A DNA stretch of 64,000 bases, taken from assembly GCF_006345805.1 (NCBI RefSeq), contig NC_043001.1, forward strand, positions 100,502,001-100,566,000, written 5' to 3'. Below the pieces are notes generated by a model, which was given only the letters and a program-made list of their open reading frames with translations, was not told where the DNA came from and searched no databases. Position numbers and translations under genes: made by a program. This document shows positions 40,206 to 54,474 of this stretch, piece by piece. The DNA comes from Octopus sinensis. Lineage: Eukaryota. Numbering within the stretch: the first letter of the stretch is position 1; the number at the start of each line of letters is the position of its first letter.

Positions 40206-40860
40206 CTAGTGACCGATACCTTTGGAAATATGCTGTGCTTGAGAAGACCCAACAAGCCAAGTGAGACCATAACCTGTGGCTGTGCATAAGCAGCCCATTT
40301 ATGCATACCTCTCCTTCATTGGACACTAAACTCTGCTTGCGAAGACCTGTTGAGTCAAGTGAAATTGAAATCAAATTCAATGACAACACCGCATGACTGG
40401 CATCCATGCTAGTGGAGCGCTAAGAGTACCATCTGAGAGTAATCATTGTCAGGACCACTGACTGGCTTCTGTGCCAGTGACATGTAAAAAGCACCATTCA
40501 AGCATGATTGTTACCAGTGTCACCTTACTGGCACTTGTGCCGGTGGCATGTGAAAAACAACATTCGAGTGAGTTCGTTGCCAGTGCTGCTAGACTGGCTC
40601 CTGTGCTGGTGGCACATAAAAAGCACCATTTGAGCATGGCCAATGCCAGTACCGTCTGACTGGCCCTCATGTCAGTGGCACATAAAAAGCACCCATAACA
40701 CTCTCAGAGTGGTTGGCATTAGGAAGGGCATCCAGCTGCATAAACTTTGCCAGATCAGATTGGAGCCTGGTGTAGCCTACTGGCTTGCCAGTCCTCAGTC
40801 AAATCGTCTAACCCATGCTTGCATGGAAAGCGGATGTTAAACGATTATGATGATAATGAT
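40202..40860 (+). mobile_element. 5'-truncated RTE copy: last codons plus complete 3' UTR
   Basis: Begins MTSDRYLWKYAVLEKTQQAK*, homologous to the region around 18040-18117, and runs through the modular UTR to a (GAT)-like tail. Confidence 0.85.
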
Positions 40861-41574
40861 ACACACACACATACACACACAAAACTATATACATACACGT
40901 ATATGCCACTCTCCTCATGTCTCTGTGTATACATATACATGTGTGTGTGTGTCTGTGTGTGTGTAGGTGCTTGAGTATATGGATAGTGGGTTTGAAAATG
41001 ATGACTATAGTCATGATATATCTTCTGAATTGTCCCCAAGGATCACATTCAGCAGTGGTTTGTAAACAAACTTGACAAGATGAAGGCAGCAAGGTGTGTT
41101 CAACTGATGCAAAAAGAATCGTGAGGATAAACTTTCATAACAAAACAAAATTGAAAAACATGTAAATCCTGTCTACATTGAGAAATCATTTTATCTACTT
41201 TATTCCAGGCTATGCTGTGAGAATAAGAACTGATCCAATTGCAAAGACTTTCTCATACATGTCTATAAGTTGTCAGCAGAATAATGATATCTCAATGTTC
41301 AATAATTTTGAATATTCATCTGTATAATTATTGTTATTTACTTCTTAGAGAGTAGATATTATTTGCTTTAAAGGAAAGAGTGAAATTATAGACACTAATA
41401 TTTTCTCATTTTACCAAGTAATCAATTGGAAGAGATAAAAATATATCTGCTCACTGGCTTAATGCAAGTCTGTGTGGGTGAACACACACACACTCAAACA
41501 CACAAACATACGCACACTCTTATCTGTACAAGAGTACATATATGTATATGTGTATGTATATGCATGTATATGTA

Positions 41575-41606
<32 letters not shown>

Positions 41607-41648
41607 CAACATTTAGAGGATTAGAGGATTTTATATATATATATCATG

Positions 41649-41687
<39 letters not shown>

Positions 41688-41892
41688 GTATGTATGTATG
41701 TATATTTATGTTCATACATTGATGCTCACAGGCACACATATACAAGTGCAAAATATAATAATGATCAATATTTCTTAAATAGGACAACCATGCATTATCA
41801 TGCAGAATTTTACTGGAGTGTTCAATGTATTTGGGCAATTATATCACTGCCATATTTGTACACGTGTGTGTGTATGTGTGTGTTTGTGTATG

Positions 41893-41936
<44 letters not shown>

Positions 41937-42468
41937 AAATAATAGGATACAAGAAAATGAACCAAGGCATATTAAAATATCAGAATATATTTACGAGGAC
42001 ATAAACCTATGTTTCACACATATTCCAGTTCATTGACGGGGAAAAGAACTAGAAATTACCATTCTCTTCTTCTTCTTCTGATATCCATGCTTTCTGTGAC
42101 TACCACAAACTTGATTTCCTGCCTAACAAAACAAAATTGAAAGCTTATTATTTCAAATGCTGTTCTTTTCAATGTAAAATCCCTTTTCCCTTTACATATA
42201 TGTTTGTAAATAAATATGTACATACATTTATACATCCATATATATGCATACATACATGCATGCATGCATGCATACATATATACATTCATACATGCATACA
42301 TACATAGATACATACATACATGCATACATACATACATATGTACATACATACATACATACATACACATACATGCATGCATACATAGATACATACATGCATA
42401 CGTACATACATACATACACACATGCATGCATACATACATACATACATACATACATACATACATACATA

Positions 42469-42906
42469 CGGCGTCTGGCGATGGACTTGGTAAACACCCA
42501 CAAAGTTATCAACCACCTCACCAACAACAACACCGAACACCTTTTTGATCTCCATGTGTCCAACACACGTGGACATGCCTACAAAGTCAGAAAACAGCAC
42601 AGCTCCCATGACTTTTGGAAACATTGTTTCACGCTCAGAGTTGCTGAAGCATGGAATAAACTGCCTGCGTCAGTTGTTGACTGCCATGACACTGCATCCT
42701 TTAAGGCCCTCATGCTTTCCGAAATCCGCCGAAACTACACCTGATTGTCCCCCTTCCATACTCATACACATATGTGTATGTCATGACTCATGCACTGTTC
42801 TTTTCCTGACGCTTGTACATTACCCTATGTACTATAAATACACTTTAGATGAGTTGTAGTGCACCTGAGCACTGTACACAATGTTTTATTAATATTATTA
42901 TTATTA
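42469..42906 (+). mobile_element. 3' fragment of the same CR1-group LINE family as 8728-11252
   Basis: About 8 differences over ~275 bp versus 10909-11183. It keeps an ~87-nt 3' UTR segment (42747-42833) absent from the long copy, with the same stem-loop and (ATT)n tail. Confidence 0.92.
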
Positions 42907-44726
42907 TATACATACATGGTGGAATTTTGTTGTCAGCTCCCGATATAAATCTTCATAATTTATTGTTTTGAATTTGTGTTCTAGACATGGGAATTTATAC
43001 AATTACAAAAGAAAAAAATAGTTTATTAATTTAATTTTTAAAGCCCTCCCCACATCATAAATCCTAGAAGTTCCATTAAAAAATTATTGTTTAAAATCAA
43101 CGTTTCAACGATGGACAATTTGAATTTTTTTTTATTAAATCCCAGCAACGGACCAACCCTGGGTACATCATGATTTCATTAAATGTGTTTCTGCAGAAAA
43201 AAATTAGAAAAAAATGTCAGTAGAAGTGAGCGTGACAAAGAAACAATAAAGACATCAGGTGGTCATAATACATGCTAGAAATAACAGCTAGATCACTCTT
43301 ATATAACACACAAATTTTTTTTGCATTATCTTATGTAACCACATGTGCAGAACACGAATTTGCAAAAATCTTCTTAAAATTCAAAACATAAAAAAGTTAT
43401 GAGAGGTTATACAATGTTCTTAAACAAGAATATCACCACACATACACACACACACACATGCACAATCTAAATATGAGAGTTAAAAAGACTTTAAGACATC
43501 TTTAATGATCGGTTACAATCGTTTCTGTACCAACGCCAGCTCAAGCAAAAGTAATGTTTGTGGATTGAGACATAAAAATGACACTTCCTCAGACCGGCAT
43601 CAAAAGTGTGCCGTTATGTTGTGTGTCTGCCAGACTTTGAGTTTTGCTTATGTCAGGAGGAAACAAAAAGTAAAAAAAAAAGATGAAAATGTGGAAAGAT
43701 GGACAGGGCAAGTATGGTGTCAACACCAAAGTATGTAAATATATGGTTAGGGATGAAGAAGCAGAAGAAGAGGAAGGCGAAGATGAGAGAAAGAGAAGAA
43801 GAAGAAGAAGAAGAAGAAGAAGGAGGAGGAGGAGGAAGGGGAGGTAGAAGAAGAAGAAGAGGAAGAAAATTAATAATAATAATCATAGTGCCTAGTGTAC
43901 CCTTATCAGACAGGTAGTCATGATGGGTATACTGGGCTTCGTATATTTTACCCCAGTGTCACTTTGATGGCATGCACTGCTCTCTCACTCAATAATAATA
44001 ATAATAATAATAATGATGATGATGAAGAAGAAAAAGAAGGAGGAGGAGGAGGAGAAGGAGGAGGAGGAGGAGAAGAGGAGCAGGAGGAGAAGAAGAAGAA
44101 GAGGAAGAAGAAGAAGAAAGAGAAAGCAAAAACGAAAAGTTGGAAAGAAGAAGAGAGTTGATGTGGATAATAATAAAATATATATTTAATCAGTTCTTCC
44201 CAGCATGCATCAGATGCTAACATATTGGTTAAGGCAATGTTTTATAGATGGATGCCCTTTCTGCCACAGGGAGAGAAAATTGTTCAATAAACATCTTTGT
44301 GGATAATGATTGACACCATCGTGACTCTGAGGGGTCTTTGCTATTTGTAATCTTTCTAATGGCAAACAGATAATGGGAATAACGTCACAGGGGATTGATT
44401 TGTTTAATTTTCATTGGTCAACTTTAGTCAGGTGACAACATGCTCGTAACCTGATTGGCTGTTGATAAGAGTAGGGAAGGATTTCAGCTGGTTTGATTAG
44501 TTTGTTTCTTGTTTCTTGTTCAGAAAATGGAGACAAAGTTATGAGAGAAGGGATGACAGCAAAGTTATTTCTCAAGAAAGAAATTGTAACTGTGCCAGTT
44601 CTGTTTTCCCTCACTCATTTTCTGGGGATTATACAAGAGAAAGAAATCATATTGGCTCTCTTAGTACTGTACAGATTCATTTAAAACATATACAGGGATG
44701 AGAGGGGTATTTGATGACATAATTAC

Positions 44727-44910
44727 CATCATCATCATCATCATTTCACACATGCTGGTGTGAGTTAGATGCTTGATGGGAGCTGGCAAGGCTAGGAGCC
44801 ACACCAGGTTACATCATCTGCCTTGGCATGGTTTCTACAGCTGGATACCCTTCCTAATGCCAACCAATTTACAGAGTGTGCTGGGTGTGTTTTACATATT
44901 ACCAGCATCA
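44727..44910 (-). mobile_element. Diverged RTE 3' UTR copy
   Basis: (CAT)n, then 'tttctacagctggatacccttcctaatgccaacc'. Confidence 0.7.
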
Positions 44911-45313
44911 CAGTGATTTTCACATGGCCCCCTCATCACTAGTGCTTAATTTGATGGAACAACTGTAAGCTAGCAAAAACCAAATGCATTTTAATACAAG
45001 TTTGGGCCCATGGTCTCAGTGCTGATCTTCAAGTATGATTATTCAATGAATCTGATTTACCTTTGATGTCTGCTTCTATGCAGGAGCAAAATCATTGACA
45101 TGCTTCCACTAAATAATTCTTATCCCTTTCTGACATCAGCTGGAGCAGTCTCTTATATGCTGTTCTTCCATATCATATTCTGTCTCCATACAAGACAAGA
45201 AACCAAATATTCCAATCCAAATCCATCACTATGCATATTCTGAAAGTAATTCGAAGTCCTTTGGTGAGAATTATTTACGCACCTGTCTTCGTCTTTTGCT
45301 TTTTGTAAATTCC

Positions 45314-45410
<97 letters not shown>

Positions 45411-45780
45411 AAGGTATGCATGTATATGAATAATGGCAAAGTCTCAAAGTAGTGATGGAATGGGGCCGCTGATGATCATGGTGACTTACAGTGACACTGC
45501 ATTTGATTCTGACTGCTCAGATATGGCAAGCCTAATCTTATTCTTAATTATATTACTTAGAAAAGAAAGCATTTTGCAGGAGAGAGAAATAGAAGCTGAT
45601 GGGGAGTCTGCAGAAGATATTTGGTGGAAGGATTTGATCCCCAGAAAGTCATTTTAGTTCACAGCAGAGTAGATGTTGCAGAAAGAGAAGTGAATTTGAA
45701 TTGAATTCAACGTACAGATTGTGTATGTGTGTGCATGTGTGTTTGTATGTGTGCATGTGCATGCACAAGTTTGCATGCAT

Positions 45781-46117
45781 GCACACACACACACATACAC
45801 GCACACACACGCATACACGCACACGCACACACATACACGCACACACACGCATACACGCACACGCACGCACACATACACGCACACACATACACGCACACGC
45901 ACACACATACACACACACACACGCATACACGCACACGCACACACATACACGCACACACACGCATACACGCACACGCACACACATACACGCACACACACGC
46001 ATACACGCACACGCACACACATACACGCACACACACGCATACACGCACACGCACACACATACACGCACACACACGCATACACGCACACGCACACACATAC
46101 ACGCACACACACCACAC
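45781..46117. repeat. Higher-order ~38-bp repeat of CA/CG/TA dinucleotides
   Basis: The unit acatacacgcacacacacgcatacacgcacacgcacac recurs (45981, 46019). Strict purine-pyrimidine alternation. Confidence 0.85.
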
Positions 46118-46859
46118 ACATTAAAATAATGAAGCAGTGTTTGTGTTTCCTGTCATGCACACTGAGTTCCTTTGCCTTGCTGTCAACACCTTACACTCAA
46201 CAATAGAACCACAATCACAATCGCACAGCCTTGCACCTGCCCCTTTGTTTCTCTGTTCCATTTCTCTTTTGTTTTTCAACCCTCTTTGTCAGTCTTTCTT
46301 ACTTTCACTCAATCTCTCTCACTATTCGTCTTTGTCTTTTTATTACTTTCTACTTGCCATCTCTCTCCATTCCTTTCATGTTTGTTTCTGTTAAAAACGT
46401 TTTTGCTGAATGGACATAATATCAAATAGCTATCCAACTTGCAAATAGCAAAAAACTAGCATAAATGATATATGAAGTGTATATCCTTAAATGATTTAAA
46501 TATTATCTAACACCTTAATGTTTTGTTTAGACAAAGATCATTAATGAATTAATATAGCACAAGTTCATTTTTAATTATACGTCCTCATTATAACTTACTT
46601 TCAAATGTTGAATATATTATTCTAAGAAGTAGAATGGTTGATTGAATTCACAAGGCTACATTGAGGATATTTTTTGTAGACTAAAATTTGCAGAGCTTCA
46701 ACACAGACCCATGAAGCATTGAACTACAGTTACACACCTATTCTGCAGATTTACTCTGTAAAAGATTCTTTAAAAGATAAATAAAGAATAAAAAAACTGA
46801 TTTAGTGCAATAATCTGATGCTGCTGAGGCTCTATGTTGCTAGATCATCTGTTACAGCC

Positions 46860-47250
46860 ATTTACTTAGTGTAGCAGTTGCTGCATGGTGAGTTTTAAAC
46901 ATTATATACACATGGTTGTTGCCAGTGCCGCCTGACTGGCTCCCTGTGCCAGTAACATGTAAAAAGGACCATCTAAAGATGGTCAATGCCAGCCTCCTCT
47001 GCCAGTAGGACGTAAAAAACACTATCTGAACATGGCCGATGCCAGTGCCACCTGACTGGCTCTCATGCTGATGGCATGTAAAAAGCACCCACTACACTCT
47101 TTGAGTGGTTGGCGTTAGGAAGGGCATCCAGCTGTAGAAACACTGCCAGATCAGACTGGAGCCTGGTGCAGCCTCCTGGCTTGCCAGCCCTCAGTCAAAC
47201 TGTCCAACCCATGCCAGCATGGAAACGGACGTTAAATGATGATGATGATG
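46860..47250 (+). mobile_element. RTE 3' UTR copy
   Basis: Repeated 'gccagtgcc...tgactggctc...aaaaagcacc' modules, then 'gcatggaaacggacgttaaat' and (GAT)n. Confidence 0.85.
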
Positions 47251-47336
47251 GGCTTTACAGTTCAAGAATTCTCTTAAACATTATTATTTGGGTTCAAGCA
47301 GAACTTCTGAGTGTAACAGAAATTATTACACTGATA

Positions 47337-47553
47337 TTGGTTTCAAATTTTGGCACAAGGCCAGCAAAAATTTCTTGTGAGCAGGAGATGTGTCAATTAC
47401 ATTGACTCCCCCCCCCCTAACGCTTAACTGTTACTTATTTTATCGATCCCAAAAGGATGAAGGATAAAATTGACCTTGGCAGAGTTTGAACTCAGAACGT
47501 AAAGATGAATGAAATGCTGCCTGGCTTTCTACTGACTCTGCCAGCAGAGGCTG
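47337..47553 (-). mobile_element. tRNA-derived SINE, family C
   Basis: 'tacttattttatcgatcccaaaaggatgaaggataaaattgaccttggcagagtttgaactcagaacgtaaag', homologous to 57-277. Confidence 0.7.
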
Positions 47554-48731
47554 CCGTTTTACGTCACTGATATTGACATACAATTTGAAAAGGCTTGCTG
47601 AGTAATAGTGTTGCAAAGTAGTGGAAAGTAAGATAGCAGTGACCAAAGGTGTCCCCCCAGGGGTATTCTAGGGACAGATATAACTAAAGCAGAAGAGGTC
47701 TGTTATGCTATATTGAATGAATGAAACTCAACACATTTCTCTATATTGACAGGGTTTATGTTATATTCTTATGTAGCATCTGATTTCTGATATATTCATC
47801 ATGTAATTTATGTTTTGTATAGAAAGTGTTAGAGAAAATTGATTCCCTAATATTTATAGTATATTTATAGCATGCTATAAATATATAGTATACCATACTA
47901 TATAGTATAGTATATATAGAGTCTAGGGATTTCTTGTTAAACCGTCAGCCCTAAACATGTTTCCTTATTTGAAACACCCTAATGTATTTATCATTCTCTA
48001 CATCCAGAAAATCAATAGAACGGATCCTGCATTGGTGAACTAAAAGATTTAATTCCATGTTAGTCTTCCTGAAATCTTGGAGAATTTCTACACAGCTGAT
48101 TTCTTTTCCTTACACAATATTAACTTTCTTCCAGTGCACAAACTACAACCAATTTATTTGATTTTCTTGTGTTTTGGACTCTCTTATCACCAACCAACAA
48201 TTCAATATTGGCCACATTCGCCTCGAAGTACACCGAAAAGCATTCTGCTTTCTTTGTTTCAAATTTATTCACTTCCTAACTAATGTCTGTATTCTAAACC
48301 TTGTCATCTACACACATAACACTTCCTTTCCAAGTCACTGATTTTTACATTCTTCTTAAGGGCCTAAGCATTAGCAGAGTAAACTTAGCTGTATTCCACT
48401 TGGTGTGAACTTAATAGAGGCTTTGAATACTGTCCAAAGAAACAGCTAAGCTTGAACATGCGTTTAGCCTTCTGTATACTGCCTGTGTATCCACTTTCTT
48501 GTTCTCACTGCATAAATGGCCTAAAGAATTCAAAACAATGTCATCATACTTTCCCTTGTGAAACATAAACACAAGGTTGTTTTATTTCAGACAATTTTTT
48601 TCTTTCTAAACGTGTAACTCTTAATGCTTTTGTTCTTGGTTCAAACCCAGATGCAGAGTCATTCCACCTCAAGTCTATCTTGTACACTATCATCCTATAG
48701 AGCAGTTACTAATCAATCACAAAAACTAAAT

Positions 48732-49130
48732 AGGTTCAGGAGTGGTTGTGTGGTGGTAAGAAGCTTGCTTCCCAACCACATGGTTCTGGGTTCAGTTCCA
48801 CTGCTTGGCACCTTGGGCAAGTGTCTTCTACTATAGCCTCAGGCTGACCAAAGTATTGTAAGTGGATTTGGTAGATGGAAACTGAAAGAAGCCTGTCATA
48901 TATGTATGTGCATGTGTGTGTGTGTGTATTTGTGTGTCTGTATTTGTCCCCCCCCCACATCACATGACAACTGATGTTGGTGTGTTTACATCCCTGTAAC
49001 TTAGTGGTTCAGCAAAGGAGACTGATAGAACAAGTGCCAGACTTAAAAAAGGGACTGGACTCAATTCATTTGGCTAAAGTGTTTTCAAGGCAGTGCTCCA
49101 GCATGATCGCAGTCTAACAACTGAAATAAG
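48732..49130 (+). mobile_element. tRNA-derived SINE, family A, near full length
   Basis: Head 'gtggtaagaagcttgcttcccaaccacatggttctgggttcagttcc', then 'ggcaccttgggcaagtgtcttctactatagcc', an internal (GT)n tract and 3' 'gtgctccagcatg'. Confidence 0.85.
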
Positions 49131-50138
49131 TGGAAGATTGATTTGCAAAAGAGGAAACCTATACTGTTTAAGAGCAAAGTGGTGAGATTACACAATTTAA
49201 CTAACATAGTCCCAAATATATTACTGGTAGTTAGTTATTGACTGAATGCTATAAACCAAAATTCAAGTGCAACAATAAACCATCATTTTCTTAAACACAA
49301 TAATGTTTATAAGCAAGACAGCAGAAGCAACTTTCTTTAGTTTTTTACTCTTCTTGCTAATTTAAATTTTCAATTCCCAAATGCACACAAGTACACATGC
49401 AGAAAAACATGAATATATTCACAGGCACATATTTCTATACATATCGGCAGCAGAATTCAATCTTGTCCAGGTTTATAGAAATTATCAGCAAATAAGTAAA
49501 AACCTCAGCTTTTTACATGAAGACCAGTTGCTTACAGTTTCATTTTGAGACATGACTAACAGCTTTGGCCAGCCTTGTTCTGCCTAAAGTAGATATAATC
49601 ACATGAATTCAGTATATCTAGGATAAGCCACTGTAAAAAGATGTGGACAATCTTCAGTTGGTCTGGGAATCTTGATTAACTCAGAAATGTTACGTTTAAA
49701 CAATTCAGAAGAGGATTCAAGTTAATTTTTATAACAAAATAAAAAGGAAAAACAAACAAATACAGAAAGTAAAAACAGATTTTATTTTTATGTTATTTTA
49801 TGGAAAAAAATTGCTTCCTTTTTTTAAAAATAAAATACAGAACTCATTTACTTTAAATTATCTTATAAAACTAATTAGTAAATTTTTTGCCATTGACTCT
49901 AGCAGCATTTGTTAGCAGAGACAATGTTCTTGATTTATCTGTGAAGAACTAAAAAGGGGAAAACTCAGAAAATGCTACTTAGCCTCTGCTTTTCTTCTTA
50001 AAATGTGGGTTTATGTGAAAGTTCTACCGTCTAAGAGCAAGACTGGCCAGCAACTTGGAAAATACATTTCCTTTAATATAGACACACACACACACATAAT
50101 GATGATGATGTTGCCGCTGGTGACCAAGACAATGGTGT

Positions 50139-50189
<51 letters not shown>

Positions 50190-52884
50190 CAGTAGTTCTT
50201 TATTCCAGCAACAATCAATGCAACACTGTCCTTGTTTTAATATTCTTTCCATTCAGTATTGTCATTTAGCATAGTGTTTATAACATGCTAAGGTGTCAAA
50301 GAGTGAAATCAGAACGGAGAGCCTTGTGATGTGACATTAGGCCAGCTGCAAGAGTGGCACACCATTCACTTGCAGGAAGTGATAACAGCAGAAAGAACTT
50401 ATTCAATAATTAACACAAGAACGGTGCATGGAGCTCAAAATATATTGGGATGTATTTCATATAATATTCACTGCAATAATGCAATCCAGTTTGGACAGTT
50501 TCATTGATAATTGATGCAGATAAACTGTACGCTATGTCGTGTCAGCTTACACAATCTACCTCTCAGGTGAATTATAAATTACATCTGACTCTGAACGTGT
50601 TTGGTAGTGTGTCTGAGAGGGTGGTGGTGGTGGGGGGTGGGATGACAAAGTGTAATAGTGCGATGAGCTTCAATAGTTACTAGTAACCACTTACAGTGAG
50701 TTTTGTGCAAGTTTGTGTAAACATAAGAATAGGTTTATGGTTCAAATAGCCGTGTGATTGAAAGCACATCTATCAATACTAAGCATGATTTATTTTTAAA
50801 GAGTAACTATTTTATTAATCTTATTATTTTAACTCAGAATTGGTTGGAACTCGTGGAATTTTGCATGAGTTGTGGACTTGCTACCTGCAGTTTTCAGTAC
50901 CATGGTGTTTGTTCACTTAATTCTTTCTTGATAATTTTGGTCAGGTTAAAGAAGAAAACTTTTTGCAACAGCTCTGCCAAACACTCTGTTCCCAATTTCT
51001 TTAAGTCCCTCATGATATCTTTTAAATCTATCCCAACTCAATATCTTTTGAATCTGTCATCACAACCACATATGCATGACATGGCGACCTTATATCTAGA
51101 CAAACAGTATATGGCCTAACTGGTGAGACCGAGTTGGAATTTTCTTCAAGTCATGTAGCCCATTCCCCTGGAAAGATCCCTGAATAAGGTTTGTTTTAAG
51201 AATGATGAACAAAGCACCCATGTTTCCAAAGGTGAATTATTCAAACTCCAAAGAATCCCTCTCAACACATGGCTATGATGACCCCCCCCCCACTAATTCT
51301 GCTCATGATCAGAGATGCATATATTGTCAGCCACTAAGGGACATGCTCAAATGGTTAAGATGAAACAACTGATAAGCAAATCTGTGGTATTGAGCAGAAT
51401 ATTTGCTGTAGCCTGTCTGGTATACCAAAACAAAACTTGAACATGATGACACTTCCAATCAGTTAAGATCAGAAGCCATGAGAGCCAGTGTCTGGTACTG
51501 CATCAGGGCATTATTATTATTATTATTATTGACTGTTTTTGGGTGAAGATGTCTTTTTGCTTCATTCTTCAAAACTTGATCTATTCAGTTAGTGTGAAAT
51601 TGAACCTTCAACAGTCTTCTTTAAGAAGAGTGATATGAGAATGAGAAAGAACAAATGATTGCAGGGTGTGGTGGTGGTGGTGATGGGAGTGGTATTGGTG
51701 TGGCTCAGGTCGTGGGATAATAGTTATGTCTATGATGCTGGTGATGATTATGATGATAACAACGATGATGACAATGGAGATAACGGTGACGATGATGGTG
51801 TGCCAACCTGCAGTTGTTATATTTCTTCTTTATATTTACTGAAATGTTAAGTTACTATTTTAACAGTTACCTTTCATACAACAACACAGTTTCAATGAAA
51901 TTTCACAGTGTTGAGAGGAGAGAGAAGACATCCAGCAGAGATTCTGATGCCCTTAATGATGGAATGCATTGTTGTCAGGTTTTATCTCGGTTGGAAAGTC
52001 ATATTTTGTTAAAGAAAGATTTTTATGAGTTATATTGTAATCAAAGGTATAAATATAGTCTTTAAAATTGTTAGCTATCTAATCTGCATCAATATAAATT
52101 GGTTTGGAAATTTAAAATCACCCATATTTTCTATCCTGTGACATTATTCTATCTTCTCTTTTCAAATACCAACCAATTACATGTAAAACCTTCTACAAGA
52201 CTTTGCCTTATTTCTTCTCCAGCCAATGTTTCTGTTTGTCCAGGAACCATTTGTCTCAACATAAAATCAAGGACAGTGAAGAGAGTAAGCAGAATAGTTC
52301 CAGCCTAATATTGGCCGTTCTTTAGAATGGGTTCTGTCCATAACATTAGAACTCACATTAGCATAAATATGGATGTTTATCTATGATTGTAGTTACTTGA
52401 TTGTATCTTAAAGTTATTAATTATTAGATTGTAGTTGAAATGTCAGGTTAACCAGACTGCGATAGTGATATTAAACGGAGCAAGGCTGTGTGTTGAAAGA
52501 GGCAGCAAGGTTGCAAGTTGAAACAAGAGATAGTAAAGTTCTAGGATGAAAATGGAGATAACAGAGCAGTCTGTTAAACTGGAGTTAACAATCCATGGTA
52601 ATTCTATTCGCTTACTTGCGTTTGAATCCTGTTAAGACTTGTCTTAGCTTTCATTACTTATCTTGTGTCAGAGTGGAATTACCACTTACGAAGTTTCTCA
52701 CCAACTTTGAAGTAAATGCATCCATGTGTGTCACATGGTTGCTGTTTGGATAATTCTACTCTTCTGAAACATAAATCTCTGTTTGATAAAACAATTATAA
52801 TCAATTCCGAATAATATTTTGTTAATGATGATGATCATGATGATGACTACAGCAACAATAATGATAATAATGATAATGATAATC

Positions 52885-53090
52885 CATTTTATTTTGGCAC
52901 AAGGCCTGCAATTTTAGGGGCGAGGATTACATCGACTCTTTGCTCACATGGTGCTTTATTTTGTTGACCCTGAAAGAACAAAAGGCCAAATTGACCCTAG
53001 TGAGACTTGAGCTCAGAATGTAAAGAGCCGGGATAATTACTGTGAGCAATTTTTTGTGATGCATGAATGGTTTGGCCAGCTCTTCACTCT
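52885..53090 (-). mobile_element. tRNA-derived SINE, family C (degenerate)
   Basis: 'tttggcacaaggcc...tttattttgttgaccctgaaagaacaaaaggcc...gagctcagaatgtaaag'. Confidence 0.65.
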
Positions 53091-53220
53091 ATAACACCAA
53101 CAACAGCAACAACAATAATGATAATAGTAATCTTTTCTTTATTAGTCACAAGGGCTTGAAGAGTATGAGTGTGCCTGTGGGTTTGTGTGTGTGTGTGTGT
53201 GCGTGTGTGTATGTGTGTGT

Positions 53221-53940
53221 GTGTGTGTGTGTGTTTGTGTGGTTGTGTGTGTGAGTTGCATGTGTTCAACTAAACAATTCTCTGTTTAGAAACAGAGTAG
53301 AAAATGAGAGAATACGGGAAATTAATAGAAAATATATGCAAGATGTTTTTTAAGATGCCAATAAACTCTGTTATTAATTACAGCAATATGAGTGCAGTTA
53401 TGGCTGTGTGGTAAGAGGTTTGCTTCAAGTTCTCATGGTTCCAGGCTCAATTCTAGTGCATGGTACCTTGGGAAAGTGCCTCATACTATAACCTTGGACT
53501 GAACGAAGCCATGTGGGTGGATTTAGTAGATGGAAAGAGAAAGAAGCCCGTTGGATATATGCAAATAGGTGTGTGTGTGTGTGTGTGTGTGTGTTTGTGT
53601 GGTTGTGTGTGTGAGTTGCATGTGTTCAACTAAACAATTCTCTGTTTAGAAACAGAGTAGAAAATGAGAGAATACGGGAAATTAATAGAAAATATATGCA
53701 AGATGTTTTTTAAGATGCCAATAAACTCTGTTATTAATTACAGCAATATGAGTGCAGTTATGGCTGTGTGGTAAGAGGTTTGCTTCAAGTTCTCATGGTT
53801 CCAGGCTCAATTCTAGTGCATGGTACCTTGGGAAAGTGCCTCATACTATAACCTTGGACTGAACGAAGCCATGTGGGTGGATTTAGTAGATGGAAAGAGA
53901 AAGAAGCCCGTTGGATATATGCAAATAGGTGTGTGTGTGT
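53221..53940. repeat. Perfect 360-bp tandem duplication containing a family A SINE 5' half
   Basis: 53221-53580 is identical to 53581-53940. Both junctions fall in (GT)n tracts. Confidence 0.95.
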
Positions 53941-54140
53941 GTGTGTGTGTCTCCCAGCCACCACTTGACAGCCAGTGTTTGTGTGTTTACATCGCTGTAA
54001 CTTAACAGTTTGGCAAAAGAGAGTGATAAAATATGTACCAGGAAAATTAAGTCCTGGAGTTGATTCCTGCAGCTGAATGCTCTTCAAGGCACTGCCCCAG
54101 CATGGCCACAGTCAAATGCCTGGAACAGTAAAAGATAAAC
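53751..54140 (+). mobile_element. tRNA-derived SINE, family A
   Basis: Head and central domain as at 48732; 3' 'actgccccagcatggccacagtcaaatg...gtaaaagataaa'. Confidence 0.8.
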
Positions 54141-54474
54141 CAATAAACCATAACAGATACACACACATACACACACAACCTAATGCATAAACATGTAAAA
54201 ACACTTACACATATTTATATACACAAGAAGATTGAAAAATAATAAGATTTTTAAAAGGATGCAAGTCAATAATACATTATCATAAATTATCATAAATTGC
54301 TCCACTTTAGAAAGCTAACAGCATTTATCTAGGGGAGAATTTTGTTTTACAAATCTTTGCTCCTGAAAATTTCATCTTACTTTGGTGTTGAACTCTGAGA
54401 TATCAAGTGAATACTTTTTTGTTTGCTTTTATTTTGCTTTTTTTGCTTTTTTACTATGATATTTTGGGGTATGA

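Noticed and set aside
44380-44701. Half-CRE (CGTCA), two reverse CCAAT boxes and an acceptor-like site followed by short ORFs
   Set aside because: The motifs are short and expected by chance. There is no CpG island or recognisable protein and no clear donor.
45433-45657. 74-aa plus-strand ORF whose antisense frame is also open and ends at a GTAAGT donor
   Set aside because: No homology recognised, ambiguous acceptor, and phases do not chain with the other candidate exons.
52246-52286. Plus-strand 41-nt exon-like segment (also 13755-13811)
   Set aside because: Such candidates occur on both strands at a chance-like frequency, and the peptides are unrecognisable.
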